Below, in pieces: positions 1-9,115 of a stretch of 64,000 nucleotides of DNA. This DNA comes from Thermotogota bacterium (GTDB taxonomy: Bacteria > Thermotogota > Thermotogae > Petrotogales > Petrotogaceae). Each line of letters opens with the position of its first letter. The stretch's first letter is position 1. The stretch spans positions 119,873 through 183,872 of the forward strand of contig JBNJGY010000001.1 of the NCBI GenBank assembly GCA_051748045.1. Reading direction: 5' to 3'. The position numbers and the translations under genes are program-made. The notes beneath the pieces are model-generated. The model saw only the letters and a program-made list of their open reading frames with translations, made no database searches and was not told the DNA's origin.

Positions 1-13
1 ATTTATCCCTCCA

Positions 14-985
14 TTAGCCTAATCTTAGTCTTACTCTTGGATCAACTGCTGCTAATAAAATATCAGCAATTAAATTACCTACAATTAATAATAAAGCACT
101 AAGCATCAAATTCGCCATAACCAAAAATATGTCCTGTTGTTCTAATGCTTCAATAATCAAACTTCCCATACCAGGCCATGAAAATACTCTTTCGGTTAAA
201 ACTGCTCCTCCGAGCAAAGTAGCAATATTAAAACCTAAGGCTGTAACAACTGGATTTATGGCATTTCTCATAGCATGCTTATAAGTTACTATTTTACTAG
301 GCATACCTTTCGCTCTAGCAAATTCCACGTAATCTTTATTAAGTTCATCTAGCAATTGTCCTCTCATAACCCTCATAGTACCAGCTAGTCCAGCAGTACC
401 TAGAGTTACCATCGGACCAATAACATGCCAAAAATAATCAACCATTTGTTGGAACCAATTCATATCATCAAATCCTAAAGAAATTATTCCCCCTATTGGG
501 AATAGTCCCGTAGCGGCGGCCATAAATAGCCATAACAAAGCAAAGAAAAAATTTGGAATAGAAATTCCAATAAAACCAAATGTTGATAATGCTTGGTCTG
601 TAAATGTGTACTGTTTAAGTGCACCAACAATACCCAGCGGGATACCTATCCCCCAGGTAAAAATGAATGTCGTTATACTCAGAAGTAAAGTTGCTTCTAA
701 TCTTCTAAAAAGAATATTCCAAACAGGGACTTTATAAGTGAATGAGAATCCCCAATCTCCTTGTACAATATTTCCTAACCAAATGAAATATTGAGTAACA
801 GGATCTTTATCTAAGCCAAACTGAGTCTCCAAAGTATCTATTTGTTCTTTTGAGATACTAGGATTTAATCTGTACTGATCCAAGAAATCCCCAGGTGCTG
901 CTTGAATAACAAAAAAAGCAACAATTGAAACCCCAATCAATACAGGGATTGCCATAATCAGCCTTCTGATAATGTACTTAAGCAA
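14..985 (-). CDS. ABC transporter permease, Opp/Dpp (peptide/oligosaccharide) family
   Basis: 323-aa ORF with several hydrophobic TM segments. It has an OppB/DppB-like N-terminus (YIIRRL..IPVL.GVS) and an EAA-loop-like YVEFARAKGMP. It is the last visible gene of the ATPase-ATPase-SBP-permease operon. Confidence 0.85.
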   Translation of the reverse strand: MLKYIIRRLIMAIPVLIGVSIVAFFVIQAAPGDFLDQYRLNPSISKEQIDTLETQFGLDKDPVTQYFIWLGNIVQGDWGFSFTYKVPVWNILFRRLEATLLLSITTFIFTWGIGIPLGIVGALKQYTFTDQALSTFGFIGISIPNFFFALLWLFMAAATGLFPIGGIISLGFDDMNWFQQMVDYFWHVIGPMVTLGTAGLAGTMRVMRGQLLDELNKDYVEFARAKGMPSKIVTYKHAMRNAINPVVTALGFNIATLLGGAVLTERVFSWPGMGSLIIEALEQQDIFLVMANLMLSALLLIVGNLIADILLAAVDPRVRLRLG

Positions 986-1009
986 GATGAGCTACCTCCT
1001 TTTGTTAAT

Positions 1010-1038
1010 TAAAAGGGCAGGAAAAAGCTTCCCGCCCT
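1010..1038 (-). terminator. Intercistronic hairpin (weak terminator/attenuator) between the SBP and permease genes
   Basis: Minus strand reads GGGCGGGAA-GCTTT-TTCCTGCCC (9 bp, one G-U) followed by TTTTAATTAAC. This is a GC-rich stem in AT-rich DNA. Confidence 0.4.
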
Positions 1039-1060
1039 CCCTTTTATCTAATTATTTAAA

Positions 1061-2794
1061 TTATTGTTCTTTCCAAAGTCCCCATGGTCTCCAGAGTACT
1101 CCTGCTAGAGGATTTGGAGAAGGGTTATAAATATGTAATTCTTCTACATGAGCAAATAATACATTTTGAGAAACTGTGTAAACAACTATTTGATTTTCAG
1201 CAACTAACATTTGCCATTCGTCCCATAATGATTGTAATTTTTCTTCATCGAAAATTGATTTATTGGTTCTCATTATTTCGTCTATTCTTCTTTCTGCATC
1301 TGATGCCCAATATTCATCTGGGTCTACCCAATCTTGTACTTCTGGGTGCCAGTTCCAGAAATGAAGTCCACCATCAAGTGCCCAAACATTTGAACCCCAT
1401 GCTGGGTCGTCTCCACCTGATAAACCAAGAATTATTGCGTCCCAATCAGCTGAATAAAGTTGTCCAACTAAAGTGTTAAATTGAACTGGTCTAAATTCAA
1501 CATTAATTCCTAATTTTGATAATGAGTCAACTAAAATATTTCCTATTTCTTCTCTTGTGTTATTTCCTGAGTTTGTGCTTAAAGAAAATTCAACTACATT
1601 ACCGTCTGAATCTATTAATTGTCCTGCATTGTTCCAGTCAAATCCACCTTGTTGTAATTTTCTTCTAGCCATAGCTAAAGAATATCTGTAACCAAGGTCT
1701 TCCATTTCTGGATTATAGAATGCAGATGATCTTGATCTTGGTCCGTACATTGGTTCTCCAAGTCCATTCATCAATGTATCTATAACTGATTGTTTATCAA
1801 AAGCATAAGCAACAGCTTGTCTAAAGTTAGTATTTCTGAACCATTCTCTATGAATTGGATCTACTGCATTATGGTTGAAAGCAATAAATTGAGAATTGTT
1901 TGATGGTCCACCTATAATTGTTTCCCAATTTTTTTCAGAAGCTTGCGCTCTAATTGAAGGGAAATTTTCAGCTGTAGGTGCAAAAACATCAATTTCTCCT
2001 GCTTCGAATTTAAGTCTTTCAGTGTTTAAATCTTGAACGATTTGATAAATAATTTTATCTAAGTATGGTAATTGTACTCCATCTGCTGATTTTGCATAGT
2101 AATAAGGGTTTCTTTCTAATACTACTCTTACACCTTCTACATAATCAGTAACAACGAAAGCACCTAAACCAATAACGTCATCAATTTGTTCTACTGTCCA
2201 TGTTTGTGCAAATGTATCTGGGTCTGAAACTTTGTCTTCAAATTTGTGTTTTGGGAAAACTGCAATATTTCCACCCAAAGCATTAAATCCAAATCTGAAT
2301 TTTGTTGGATAAACAAAAGTAAGATGATTACCTTCTACTATTAATTCAGGTAAGTTTCCTTGTTCATCTTGATATACATCATTACCATCAGCTAGCATAC
2401 CATCAGGAACAATTATTTTTTCCCATGTGAATACGATATCATCAATAGTGAATGGTGTACCATCTGACCAAGTTAATCCTTCTCTTACTATGAAATGATA
2501 AGCTGTTCCACCGTCTTCTGTTTGTTCCATCCAGAATTCTTTTGCTAATCCTGGGTCTGCCCATTGAGCTCTGTTGTTAGTGTGTAATAATGTGTCTCTA
2601 AAATAATCTGTGATATCTGTTGATGATGTTTCCTGAGCCCAATATTCGTTCAAAGTTTTAGGACCTGAAGTTGTACTTAAATATAAAGTACCTCCTTTTT
2701 GTCCACCTTCTACATCTTCAATTAGCCATTCTGGTTCTGCAAATACGAATAAAGATGTTAATAAAACAAGCGTAAATACCAAAAGCTTTTTCAT
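1061..2794 (-). CDS. ABC transporter substrate-binding protein, family 5 (peptide/oligosaccharide)
   Basis: 577-aa ORF with a signal peptide (MKKLLVFTLVLLTSLFVFA). Size and sequence are typical of family-5 SBPs. A strong SD (GAGGGGAGGG) lies upstream, and the operon context fits. Confidence 0.85.
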   Translation of the reverse strand: MKKLLVFTLVLLTSLFVFAEPEWLIEDVEGGQKGGTLYLSTTSGPKTLNEYWAQETSSTDITDYFRDTLLHTNNRAQWADPGLAKEFWMEQTEDGGTAYHFIVREGLTWSDGTPFTIDDIVFTWEKIIVPDGMLADGNDVYQDEQGNLPELIVEGNHLTFVYPTKFRFGFNALGGNIAVFPKHKFEDKVSDPDTFAQTWTVEQIDDVIGLGAFVVTDYVEGVRVVLERNPYYYAKSADGVQLPYLDKIIYQIVQDLNTERLKFEAGEIDVFAPTAENFPSIRAQASEKNWETIIGGPSNNSQFIAFNHNAVDPIHREWFRNTNFRQAVAYAFDKQSVIDTLMNGLGEPMYGPRSRSSAFYNPEMEDLGYRYSLAMARRKLQQGGFDWNNAGQLIDSDGNVVEFSLSTNSGNNTREEIGNILVDSLSKLGINVEFRPVQFNTLVGQLYSADWDAIILGLSGGDDPAWGSNVWALDGGLHFWNWHPEVQDWVDPDEYWASDAERRIDEIMRTNKSIFDEEKLQSLWDEWQMLVAENQIVVYTVSQNVLFAHVEELHIYNPSPNPLAGVLWRPWGLWKEQ

Positions 2795-2843
2795 AAAAAA
2801 GCCCTCCCCTCTGAGTAAGTTTCAAAAATTTGATATAACTGAC

Positions 2844-2858
2844 ATTCCCTAATATTAT
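2844..2858. repeat. Copy 1 of an exact 15-nt direct repeat ATTCCCTAATATTAT
   Basis: Identical 15-mer found again at 2885-2899 (period 41 bp), in the oppF-SBP intergenic region. Confidence 0.85.
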
Positions 2859-2884
2859 TTTTAAACATTTTTTGATTATTTATA

Positions 2885-2899
2885 ATTCCCTAATATTAT
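2885..2899. repeat. Copy 2 of an exact 15-nt direct repeat ATTCCCTAATATTAT
   Basis: Identical to 2844-2858. On the coding (minus) strand it reads ATAATATTAGGGAAT. Confidence 0.85.
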
Positions 2900-2902
2900 A
2901 AA

Positions 2903-4084
2903 TTAATCACCTTTAACAATTTCATTTTCTTTGTGTAGGTAGCAAGCTACAAAATGTTTGTCATTTATTGAATAATATGGAGGATATTTTTGCTTACATT
3001 CATCCATTGCAAACTTACATCTCGGATTAAAAAAACATCCTTTTGGTCTATTCATTGGACTAGGTACTTGACCTGAAATGATAAACTGTTTTCTGTCTCT
3101 TCTTTTATTTGGATCTGGTACAGGAGCAGCATTAAGTAAAGCTTGAGCATATGGATGTTCTGGTTTATCAAAAACTTCATCTCCAACACCATATTCAACC
3201 ATTCTACCTAAATACATTACTCCTACATAATTTGAAATATATCTTACAACACCCAAATCATGGGAAATAAATAAATATCCTGCATTTAACTTATCTTGTA
3301 AGTCTTTTAATAATTTTATAATTTGAGCTTGAACTGAAACATCTAAAGCACTAGTTGGTTCATCCAGAATAATTAAATTTGGATCTAATACAATAGATCT
3401 TGCAACTGCAACCCTTTGTCGTTGTCCACCAGAGAATTGGTGTGGATATCTATCTGCATGATAAGCTTTTAAACCAACAGTCCTTAACATGTCAAGTATT
3501 CTTTCTTTTGCTTGTAATTTGTTTTTAACAACTCCATGGAAAAGTAAAGGTTCCATCAATGCTTGCCCAACTGTCATTCTAGGATTCAATGATGATGTTG
3601 GATCTTGGAAAACAATTTGAACATTTCTTCTGAAGTTCATTCTTTTCTTTTTAATATCTTTCATCATATAATCGTAGAACTTAGATTCTCCGTTGTCAAA
3701 GTAGTATTTATAGTATTGATTTTCATGTTTTTCTGTATTAGCAATTACTCCATCTACTGATTTGTATTTTTTCTTAAGTTCTTCAGCTTTTTGAACATAT
3801 TCTCTTTTTAAGAAATCTATTGCCTCTCTTTTTTTCATGAATAGATGTGATGTTTCTTTGTCATCTATCATTATTTTACCTGCTGATGGGTCATGAAGTC
3901 TAAGAATTGTTTTACCAATTGTAGTTTTACCACAACCTGATTCTCCAACTAATCCGTAAGTTTCTCCTCTTTCAAGATGAAGACTTACATCATCAACAGC
4001 TTTTACATGACCTACTGTTTTTTCTATAACAAAACCGTGCTTAACGGGAAAGTATTTTTTTAAGTTCTTAACTCTTAATAACAT
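2903..4084 (-). CDS. ABC transporter ATP-binding protein, OppF-like, with an internal insertion
   Basis: Walker A GESGCGKTT, signature FSGGQRQRVAVAR and Walker B LIILDEPTSALD. It also has the Cys-containing C-terminal oligopeptide-ABC domain (CFFNPRC). Confidence 0.9.
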   Translation of the reverse strand: MLLRVKNLKKYFPVKHGFVIEKTVGHVKAVDDVSLHLERGETYGLVGESGCGKTTIGKTILRLHDPSAGKIMIDDKETSHLFMKKREAIDFLKREYVQKAEELKKKYKSVDGVIANTEKHENQYYKYYFDNGESKFYDYMMKDIKKKRMNFRRNVQIVFQDPTSSLNPRMTVGQALMEPLLFHGVVKNKLQAKERILDMLRTVGLKAYHADRYPHQFSGGQRQRVAVARSIVLDPNLIILDEPTSALDVSVQAQIIKLLKDLQDKLNAGYLFISHDLGVVRYISNYVGVMYLGRMVEYGVGDEVFDKPEHPYAQALLNAAPVPDPNKRRDRKQFIISGQVPSPMNRPKGCFFNPRCKFAMDECKQKYPPYYSINDKHFVACYLHKENEIVKGD

Positions 4085-5139
4085 TATTTATCCTCCTCCG
4101 TTTTTGCAACTTTGTCTCCATCGCTTACTTTATCAGTATTATAAGGATTGAAACATCTTAATAAATGTCCTTTTTCTACTTCCACCAATTCAGGCCATTC
4201 TTCTCTACATCTATCTGTGGCCCTAGGACATCTTGGTAAAAATGGACATAAAGCAGGAGGATTTAACATAATTGGTGGCTGACCTTTAATAGGGTTTAAT
4301 TCATCTTTTTTGATATCATGCCTTGGAATACAAGATAACAGAGCATGTGTATAAGGATGCATAGGTCTATCAAAGATAGTATATACATCAGCCATTTCCA
4401 TTTGGTTCCCACCATACATAACTAAAACTTTGTCAGCAATTTCAGCCACAACTGATAAATCATGTGTGATATAAACCATTGCTGTGTTAAATTCATTCTG
4501 TAGATCTTTCATCAACTCAAGAATTTGCGCTTGAATTGTAACGTCCAAAGCAGTTGTAGGTTCATCAGCAATTAATACTTCCGGATTACAAGATAGACTG
4601 ATAGCTATAATGATTCTCTGTCTTTGTCCTCCAGAGAACTGAAATGGATAATCATCCAGTCTTTCTTCAGCATTTGGCAAACCAACTGTAGTGAGCAAAT
4701 CAATTGCTCTTTTTCTTGCTTCCTCAATAGTGACATCTTGATGATAAACTATAGTTTCTATCATCTGGTCTGCTACTGTGTACATTGGATTTAAAGAAGC
4801 CATTGGATCTTGGAATACCATTCCAATATGCTTACCTCTTATCCTTGTAAAAGCTTTATTATTTAATTTTGCCAAATTCACATATTCTTTCTCTCCGTTT
4901 TTTGAAAATTCGTCGGTTTTGAAAAGAATTTGTGTGCCTTCTGCTAAGTAACCAGGTTTCTTAATCATACCCATTACGGATTTCATTGTTACTGATTTAC
5001 CCGAACCCGTTTCTCCAACTACCCCTAGTGCTTCATTCATGTTGAGCTCAAAAGAAACTCCGTTAACAGCTTTAACTTTTCCTTCAGCTATGTCGAAGTA
5101 AGTTTTAAGATCTTTCACAATCAAAACTGGTTCGTTCAA
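4084..5139 (-). CDS. ABC transporter ATP-binding protein, OppD-like
   Basis: Walker A GETGSGKS, FSGGQRQRIIIA and LIADEPTTALD. The ORF-track start (GTG 5148) lies inside an SD-like GGGGTGA, so TTG at 5139 (5-nt spacer) is the more likely start. Confidence 0.88.
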   Translation of the reverse strand: MNEPVLIVKDLKTYFDIAEGKVKAVNGVSFELNMNEALGVVGETGSGKSVTMKSVMGMIKKPGYLAEGTQILFKTDEFSKNGEKEYVNLAKLNNKAFTRIRGKHIGMVFQDPMASLNPMYTVADQMIETIVYHQDVTIEEARKRAIDLLTTVGLPNAEERLDDYPFQFSGGQRQRIIIAISLSCNPEVLIADEPTTALDVTIQAQILELMKDLQNEFNTAMVYITHDLSVVAEIADKVLVMYGGNQMEMADVYTIFDRPMHPYTHALLSCIPRHDIKKDELNPIKGQPPIMLNPPALCPFLPRCPRATDRCREEWPELVEVEKGHLLRCFNPYNTDKVSDGDKVAKTEEDK

Positions 5140-5176
5140 TATTCTCACCCCAATGTATTAAATTCATCTAAGATAT

Positions 5177-5206
5177 ATTATAATAAATATGAAGATTAAA
5201 TGTCAA
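5177..5206 (-). promoter_or_regulatory. Sigma70-type promoter TTGACA-N18-TATAAT for the opp-type operon
   Basis: The minus strand has TTGACA (5206-5201) and TATAAT (5182-5177), about 30 nt upstream of the oppD-like start. Confidence 0.6.
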
Positions 5207-5334
5207 GTGTTAAATTTTTTGTTAAACTTGAATATAACTCATAGCCCTTGAATAATTAGATTTATTGAAAAATATTTCAATATTTTAAAATATTTTCTTT
5301 TTTAAGAAATTAATTTCATAAAGGAGGCTTTATA

Positions 5335-5568
5335 ATGCGTTTAGACAAGTTTTTAAAGAAAAATAGAATAATTAAAAGAAGGGTGGTTGCTCATGATTTA
5401 TGTGTAAATGGTAAAGTATTAAAAGATAACAGAGAATTAAAACCTGGTTACGACATTAAAGATGGAGATAGAATATTAATTGACTTTGGAAAAAAATTAT
5501 TGGAAATAGAAGCTTTAGAAAATGACGATTTCAAAATAGTTAAAGAAGAATTCAAAGAAGGGGAATAA
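5335..5568 (+). CDS. S4-domain RNA-binding protein
   Basis: 77-aa ORF with an S4 signature (RLDKFL...R..A..L...GKV..N......G..I..GD.I). AAAGGAGG SD lies upstream. Confidence 0.6.
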   Translation: MRLDKFLKKNRIIKRRVVAHDLCVNGKVLKDNRELKPGYDIKDGDRILIDFGKKLLEIEALENDDFKIVKEEFKEGE

Positions 5569-5582
5569 CCCCTTCTTTTTTA
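5557..5582. terminator. Bidirectional intrinsic terminator (S4 gene / rarA)
   Basis: GAAGGGG-AATAA-CCCCTTC followed by T7. The S4 stop codon sits in the loop, and the rarA stop abuts the T-run. Confidence 0.7.
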
Positions 5583-6815
5583 GTATTTTTTTAACCAAGA
5601 CCATATTTTTTTTATTCTTTCTCCTATCTTTTTTTCTAAACCATTATTTTTTGGATTATAAAATGTTACATCTTTATAATTTTCTGGCATATATTTTTCT
5701 TTTATATATCCACCAAAATCATGAGGGTATTTATAATTATTTCCATAACCCTGTTTTTTCATATTTTTATTAATTGCATTCATTAAATGAAAAGGAATTC
5801 TAAAATTATTATTTTTTATAAATTCTTTTGCTTTTAAATATGCTTTATATGAACTATTCGATTTAGGTGCTGCAGCTAAATAGACAGTTGCTTCTGAAAG
5901 AGGTATAAAACATTCTGGATAACCTATTTGCTCAGTGGCTGTCATAGCAGAAACTGCAATGTTCAATGCGTTTGGATCTGCTAAACCTATGTCTTCTCCA
6001 GCTAAAATTACTATTCTTCTTGCAAGATACATAGGATCTTCACCATTTTCAAGCATGTAACTAAGATATAATAAAGCTGCATCAGGGTCGCTTCCTCTAA
6101 CACTCTTGATAAAGGCAGAAATATATGAATACTTATCATCAACATCATAATGCATTGTTTTTCCTGTAAAATCATCTACTTCATTTAAATCGATATTTTT
6201 AGTTCCACTTTCTACTATTGCTTCAACAAAATTAATTATTCTTCTCAAATCTCCATTGGAATAATTGATAATTTCTTTTTTCGCTTTTTCTGTTATTTTT
6301 ATTCCTTTGTAAAAATTTTCTATCCTTTCAAAAACAATTTTATATTCTTCTTCATCAAATTCTTTTATTTTAAAAAGATTCACTCTAGATAACAAAGCAG
6401 GGTTTAATCTTACTGCTGGATTTTCTGTTGTTGCTCCAAAAAGTATTACGTCACCATTTTCTACATTTAAAAGCAATGTATCTTGCTCTGCTCTGTTTAA
6501 TCTGTGAATTTCATCCACAAAAAGAATTTTTTGTTTTGAAAATAGATTATCTTCTTTATTTACTATTGACTTCAGTGTTTTAGCACCTTCTAAAGCTCCA
6601 GAAATTTGATATATTTCGTAATCTGATTCAATTTCATTTATTATAGCTTTAATGAAAGTTGATTTCCCAGATCCTGGAGGCCCATACACTACAAAAGATC
6701 TGATAGATTTATTGTCTATCCATTTTCTAAAAATGTTTTTCAACTTTTCATTACCTATTATTTCTTCAATTTTTTTAGGCCTTAGGATTTCTGATAAAGG
6801 ATTTGATGATTTCAT
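5580..6815 (-). CDS. rarA: Replication-associated recombination protein A (AAA+ ATPase, MgsA/RarA)
   Basis: 411 aa with N-terminal LRPK..EE.IGNE, Walker A GPPGSGKST and Walker B LFVDEIHR. It has the MgsA C-terminal domain (YLARRIVILAGEDIGLADP). Confidence 0.9.
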   Translation of the reverse strand: MKSSNPLSEILRPKKIEEIIGNEKLKNIFRKWIDNKSIRSFVVYGPPGSGKSTFIKAIINEIESDYEIYQISGALEGAKTLKSIVNKEDNLFSKQKILFVDEIHRLNRAEQDTLLLNVENGDVILFGATTENPAVRLNPALLSRVNLFKIKEFDEEEYKIVFERIENFYKGIKITEKAKKEIINYSNGDLRRIINFVEAIVESGTKNIDLNEVDDFTGKTMHYDVDDKYSYISAFIKSVRGSDPDAALLYLSYMLENGEDPMYLARRIVILAGEDIGLADPNALNIAVSAMTATEQIGYPECFIPLSEATVYLAAAPKSNSSYKAYLKAKEFIKNNNFRIPFHLMNAINKNMKKQGYGNNYKYPHDFGGYIKEKYMPENYKDVTFYNPKNNGLEKKIGERIKKIWSWLKKY

Positions 6816-6868
6816 TTTTTACTCCCCTTTTTAAAGTATACATAATAATAATATCATAAAATTTGTAT

Positions 6869-6895
6869 AAAAAAAGGAGAGATTAAATTCTCTCC
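6869..6895 (-). terminator. Intrinsic terminator of the thioredoxin-like gene
   Basis: Minus strand reads GGAGAGA-ATTTAA-TCTCTCC followed by T7. The hairpin includes the last codons. Confidence 0.65.
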
Positions 6896-7146
6896 AAATA
6901 AAATTTTGTTTCTTCTTCTAAATCGTTTATAGAAAAGTTTCTTACCCATCTATTGAGTTCTTGATTTTCATGTTCTACAATTAAGACAGGAACAGCAAAA
7001 ATAAGCTTTTGGGCTGCTATATCAGGTTGTTTTTTTGTATCAACAATTTCTACATCTATATTGTATTTTTCTGCTATATTTTTTACTTTGGGTAATATTG
7101 CTTTACAAACTCCACAACCATCATGTTTAAAATATTGAAATTTCAT
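6883..7146 (-). CDS. Thioredoxin-fold protein with CxxC motif
   Basis: 87 aa with a CGVC motif near the N-terminus and a cis-Pro-like AVPVL, which is the thioredoxin/glutaredoxin-like pattern. Confidence 0.6.
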   Translation of the reverse strand: MKFQYFKHDGCGVCKAILPKVKNIAEKYNIDVEIVDTKKQPDIAAQKLIFAVPVLIVEHENQELNRWVRNFSINDLEEETKFYLERI

Positions 7147-7262
7147 TTATACCCCTCCTATGTATTTTTATAATTATAATATATTAATATGAAGAAAAAA
7201 TGTATTAATTCTTTCAAGTATGTATGTTATAATTGGTTTATATATATTTGGGAGGTGGGAAA

Positions 7263-8258
7263 ATGGCAGAATATGAAGTTTTTAATCCTGAAGAAAATGA
7301 AAATCAGGAACCTAAGAGAAATAAAACTCCTCATATCAAGACCATAATATCCATTATAGTTATTATTTTAATTGGAATTTACTTATCAACAGGTGTTTAT
7401 CAAGTAGGCTCTTCAGAAGTAGCCTTAGTAAAAACATTTGGTAAATATCAATCTACACAGGGCCCAGGAATACACATTCATGCTCCAATTCCTTTTCAAT
7501 CACATGTGATTATAGATACTAGAAGTGTTAAAAAAGTTGAAATAGGTTTTAGGACAACAAGAGGGGGATCTAACCCATCTTATTCTACTTTAGATCAAGA
7601 ATCAAATATAATCACAGGTGATGAAAACATACTACATATTGAAGCTGTTGTTCAATATAGAATTAGAAATCCAGAAAAAGCAGCCTTTAGAATTATTGAT
7701 GATTATAATTTGGTTAAATTTACTACAGAAAGTATTTTAAGAGAAAGAGTCGCACTTTCAGGAATTGATGATGTTCTTACCTCTGAGAGAGATTCAATAG
7801 CTATGAGAGCTTCTGAGCTTGTTCAAGAAACGCTTGATACTTATGATTCAGGTATAATGATCGAAAGTGTTTTCTTACAAGATGTCACACCACCAGATCC
7901 TGTTGTTTCATCATTTGATGATGTAAACAATGCAAAACAAGATAGAGAAAAAATAATCAATGAAGCCAATAGATATTCTAATGATATTCTTCCAAGAGCA
8001 GAAGGTGAAGCAGAACAAATTTTAAGACAATCAGAAAGCTATGCTTTTGAACAGGTAGCAGAAGCTGAAGGAGAAACACAAAGATTCCTTGCTATACTAG
8101 AAGAATATAAAAATTCTGAAGAAGTAACTAGAAAAAGACTTATTCTTGATGCTATAAACGATATGCTACAAAGCTCTAAAATCAAAGTTATTTCAGAAAA
8201 TGATAGTACTTTAAAACTGTTGAACTTAGATCAAATATTAGGTGGTGATTCTAAATGA
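7263..8258 (+). CDS. hflK: FtsH protease modulator HflK (SPFH/band-7)
   Basis: One N-terminal TM segment plus an SPFH domain and a coiled-coil tail. ATG 7263 is preceded by GGGAGGTGGG, so the TTG at 7233 in the ORF track is probably an artefact. It is translationally coupled to hflC (ATGA overlap). Confidence 0.85.
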   Translation: MAEYEVFNPEENENQEPKRNKTPHIKTIISIIVIILIGIYLSTGVYQVGSSEVALVKTFGKYQSTQGPGIHIHAPIPFQSHVIIDTRSVKKVEIGFRTTRGGSNPSYSTLDQESNIITGDENILHIEAVVQYRIRNPEKAAFRIIDDYNLVKFTTESILRERVALSGIDDVLTSERDSIAMRASELVQETLDTYDSGIMIESVFLQDVTPPDPVVSSFDDVNNAKQDREKIINEANRYSNDILPRAEGEAEQILRQSESYAFEQVAEAEGETQRFLAILEEYKNSEEVTRKRLILDAINDMLQSSKIKVISENDSTLKLLNLDQILGGDSK

Positions 8259-9115
8259 AAAAAATAGGGACTTTAATAACTTTAGGAATTATCGCCATAT
8301 TAGTGATAGTTTTTCTTTCAACATCATTAGTAATTTTAGACGAAACTCAACAAGGAGCTATTGTAAGATTTGGTGATATAAGAAAAATAATTACTGAACC
8401 TGGTCTTTACTTTAAAACTCCATTTGTTGATAACGTTCTAAAATACGAAAAAAGGGTAATGCTTTATGATATAGACACTGAGAGAGTTATAACACAAGAT
8501 AAAAAAACAATTGTTGTCGACACTTATTCTATCTGGAGAATTTCAAATGCACAAACTTTCATAGAAAGTATGAGAACTACTAATAACGCTTTAACAAGAA
8601 TTGATGACGTTGTTTATTCTCATGTTAGAGATGTTATTGCTAAATATTCTTTTGATGAAATTTTATCCAGAAAAAGATTAGAATTATTAGAAGAAATAAA
8701 AGTTCGAAGTGAAGAGTCTTTACAAGATTACGGTATAAATATTCTTGATGTTAGAGTAAAAAGAACTGATCTCCCAGATGACAATAGAAAAGCTGTTTAC
8801 GAAAGAATGAATGCAGAAAGATATTCAATTGCAGCTCAAATTAGAGCAGAAGGTGAAAAAGAAGGTCAAAAAATCAGAGCTGAAGCAGATAAACAGAAAG
8901 AAATTATTTTGTCTCAAGCTAATAGAGATGCAAAGATTATCAGGGGTACTGCTGATGCAAGTTCACTAAATATTTACGCTAATGCTTATAATGAAGACTC
9001 AGAATTTTATGAATTACAAAGAATTACAAGCATTTATAAAGAATCCTTGAATAATTCTGTAATATCAATACCTTTAGATTCTCCATTGATGAAATATTTT
9101 GATGAGGTGGAATAA
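8255..9115 (+). CDS. hflC: FtsH protease modulator HflC (SPFH/band-7)
   Basis: 286 aa with an N-terminal TM segment, an SPFH domain and the motif ERMNAER, which is typical of HflC. It is paired with hflK. Confidence 0.85.
   Translation: MKKIGTLITLGIIAILVIVFLSTSLVILDETQQGAIVRFGDIRKIITEPGLYFKTPFVDNVLKYEKRVMLYDIDTERVITQDKKTIVVDTYSIWRISNAQTFIESMRTTNNALTRIDDVVYSHVRDVIAKYSFDEILSRKRLELLEEIKVRSEESLQDYGINILDVRVKRTDLPDDNRKAVYERMNAERYSIAAQIRAEGEKEGQKIRAEADKQKEIILSQANRDAKIIRGTADASSLNIYANAYNEDSEFYELQRITSIYKESLNNSVISIPLDSPLMKYFDEVE

Noticed and set aside
1084-1479. 131-aa plus-strand ORF inside the SBP gene, together with the many other 60-116-aa ORFs in the track that lie antisense within larger genes
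   Set aside because: All of them lie wholly within better-supported genes on the opposite strand, lack an SD, and have compositions typical of antisense frames in AT-rich DNA. Other examples are 6652-6834, 10180-10443, 16081-16608, 23445-23672, 29071-29307, 30895-31149, 38252-38923, 39426-39680, 40425-40658, 42402-42602, 46906-47679, 52769-53263, 55893-56096, 57293-57571 and 60492-61319.
2830-2858. Plus-strand promoter-like TTGATA-N17-TATTAT pointing antisense into oppF, with a loosely similar plus-strand element at about 5229-5258
   Set aside because: Such hexamer pairs arise easily in AT-rich intergenic DNA. There is no downstream plus-strand gene, and the resemblance between the two sites needs gaps to align.
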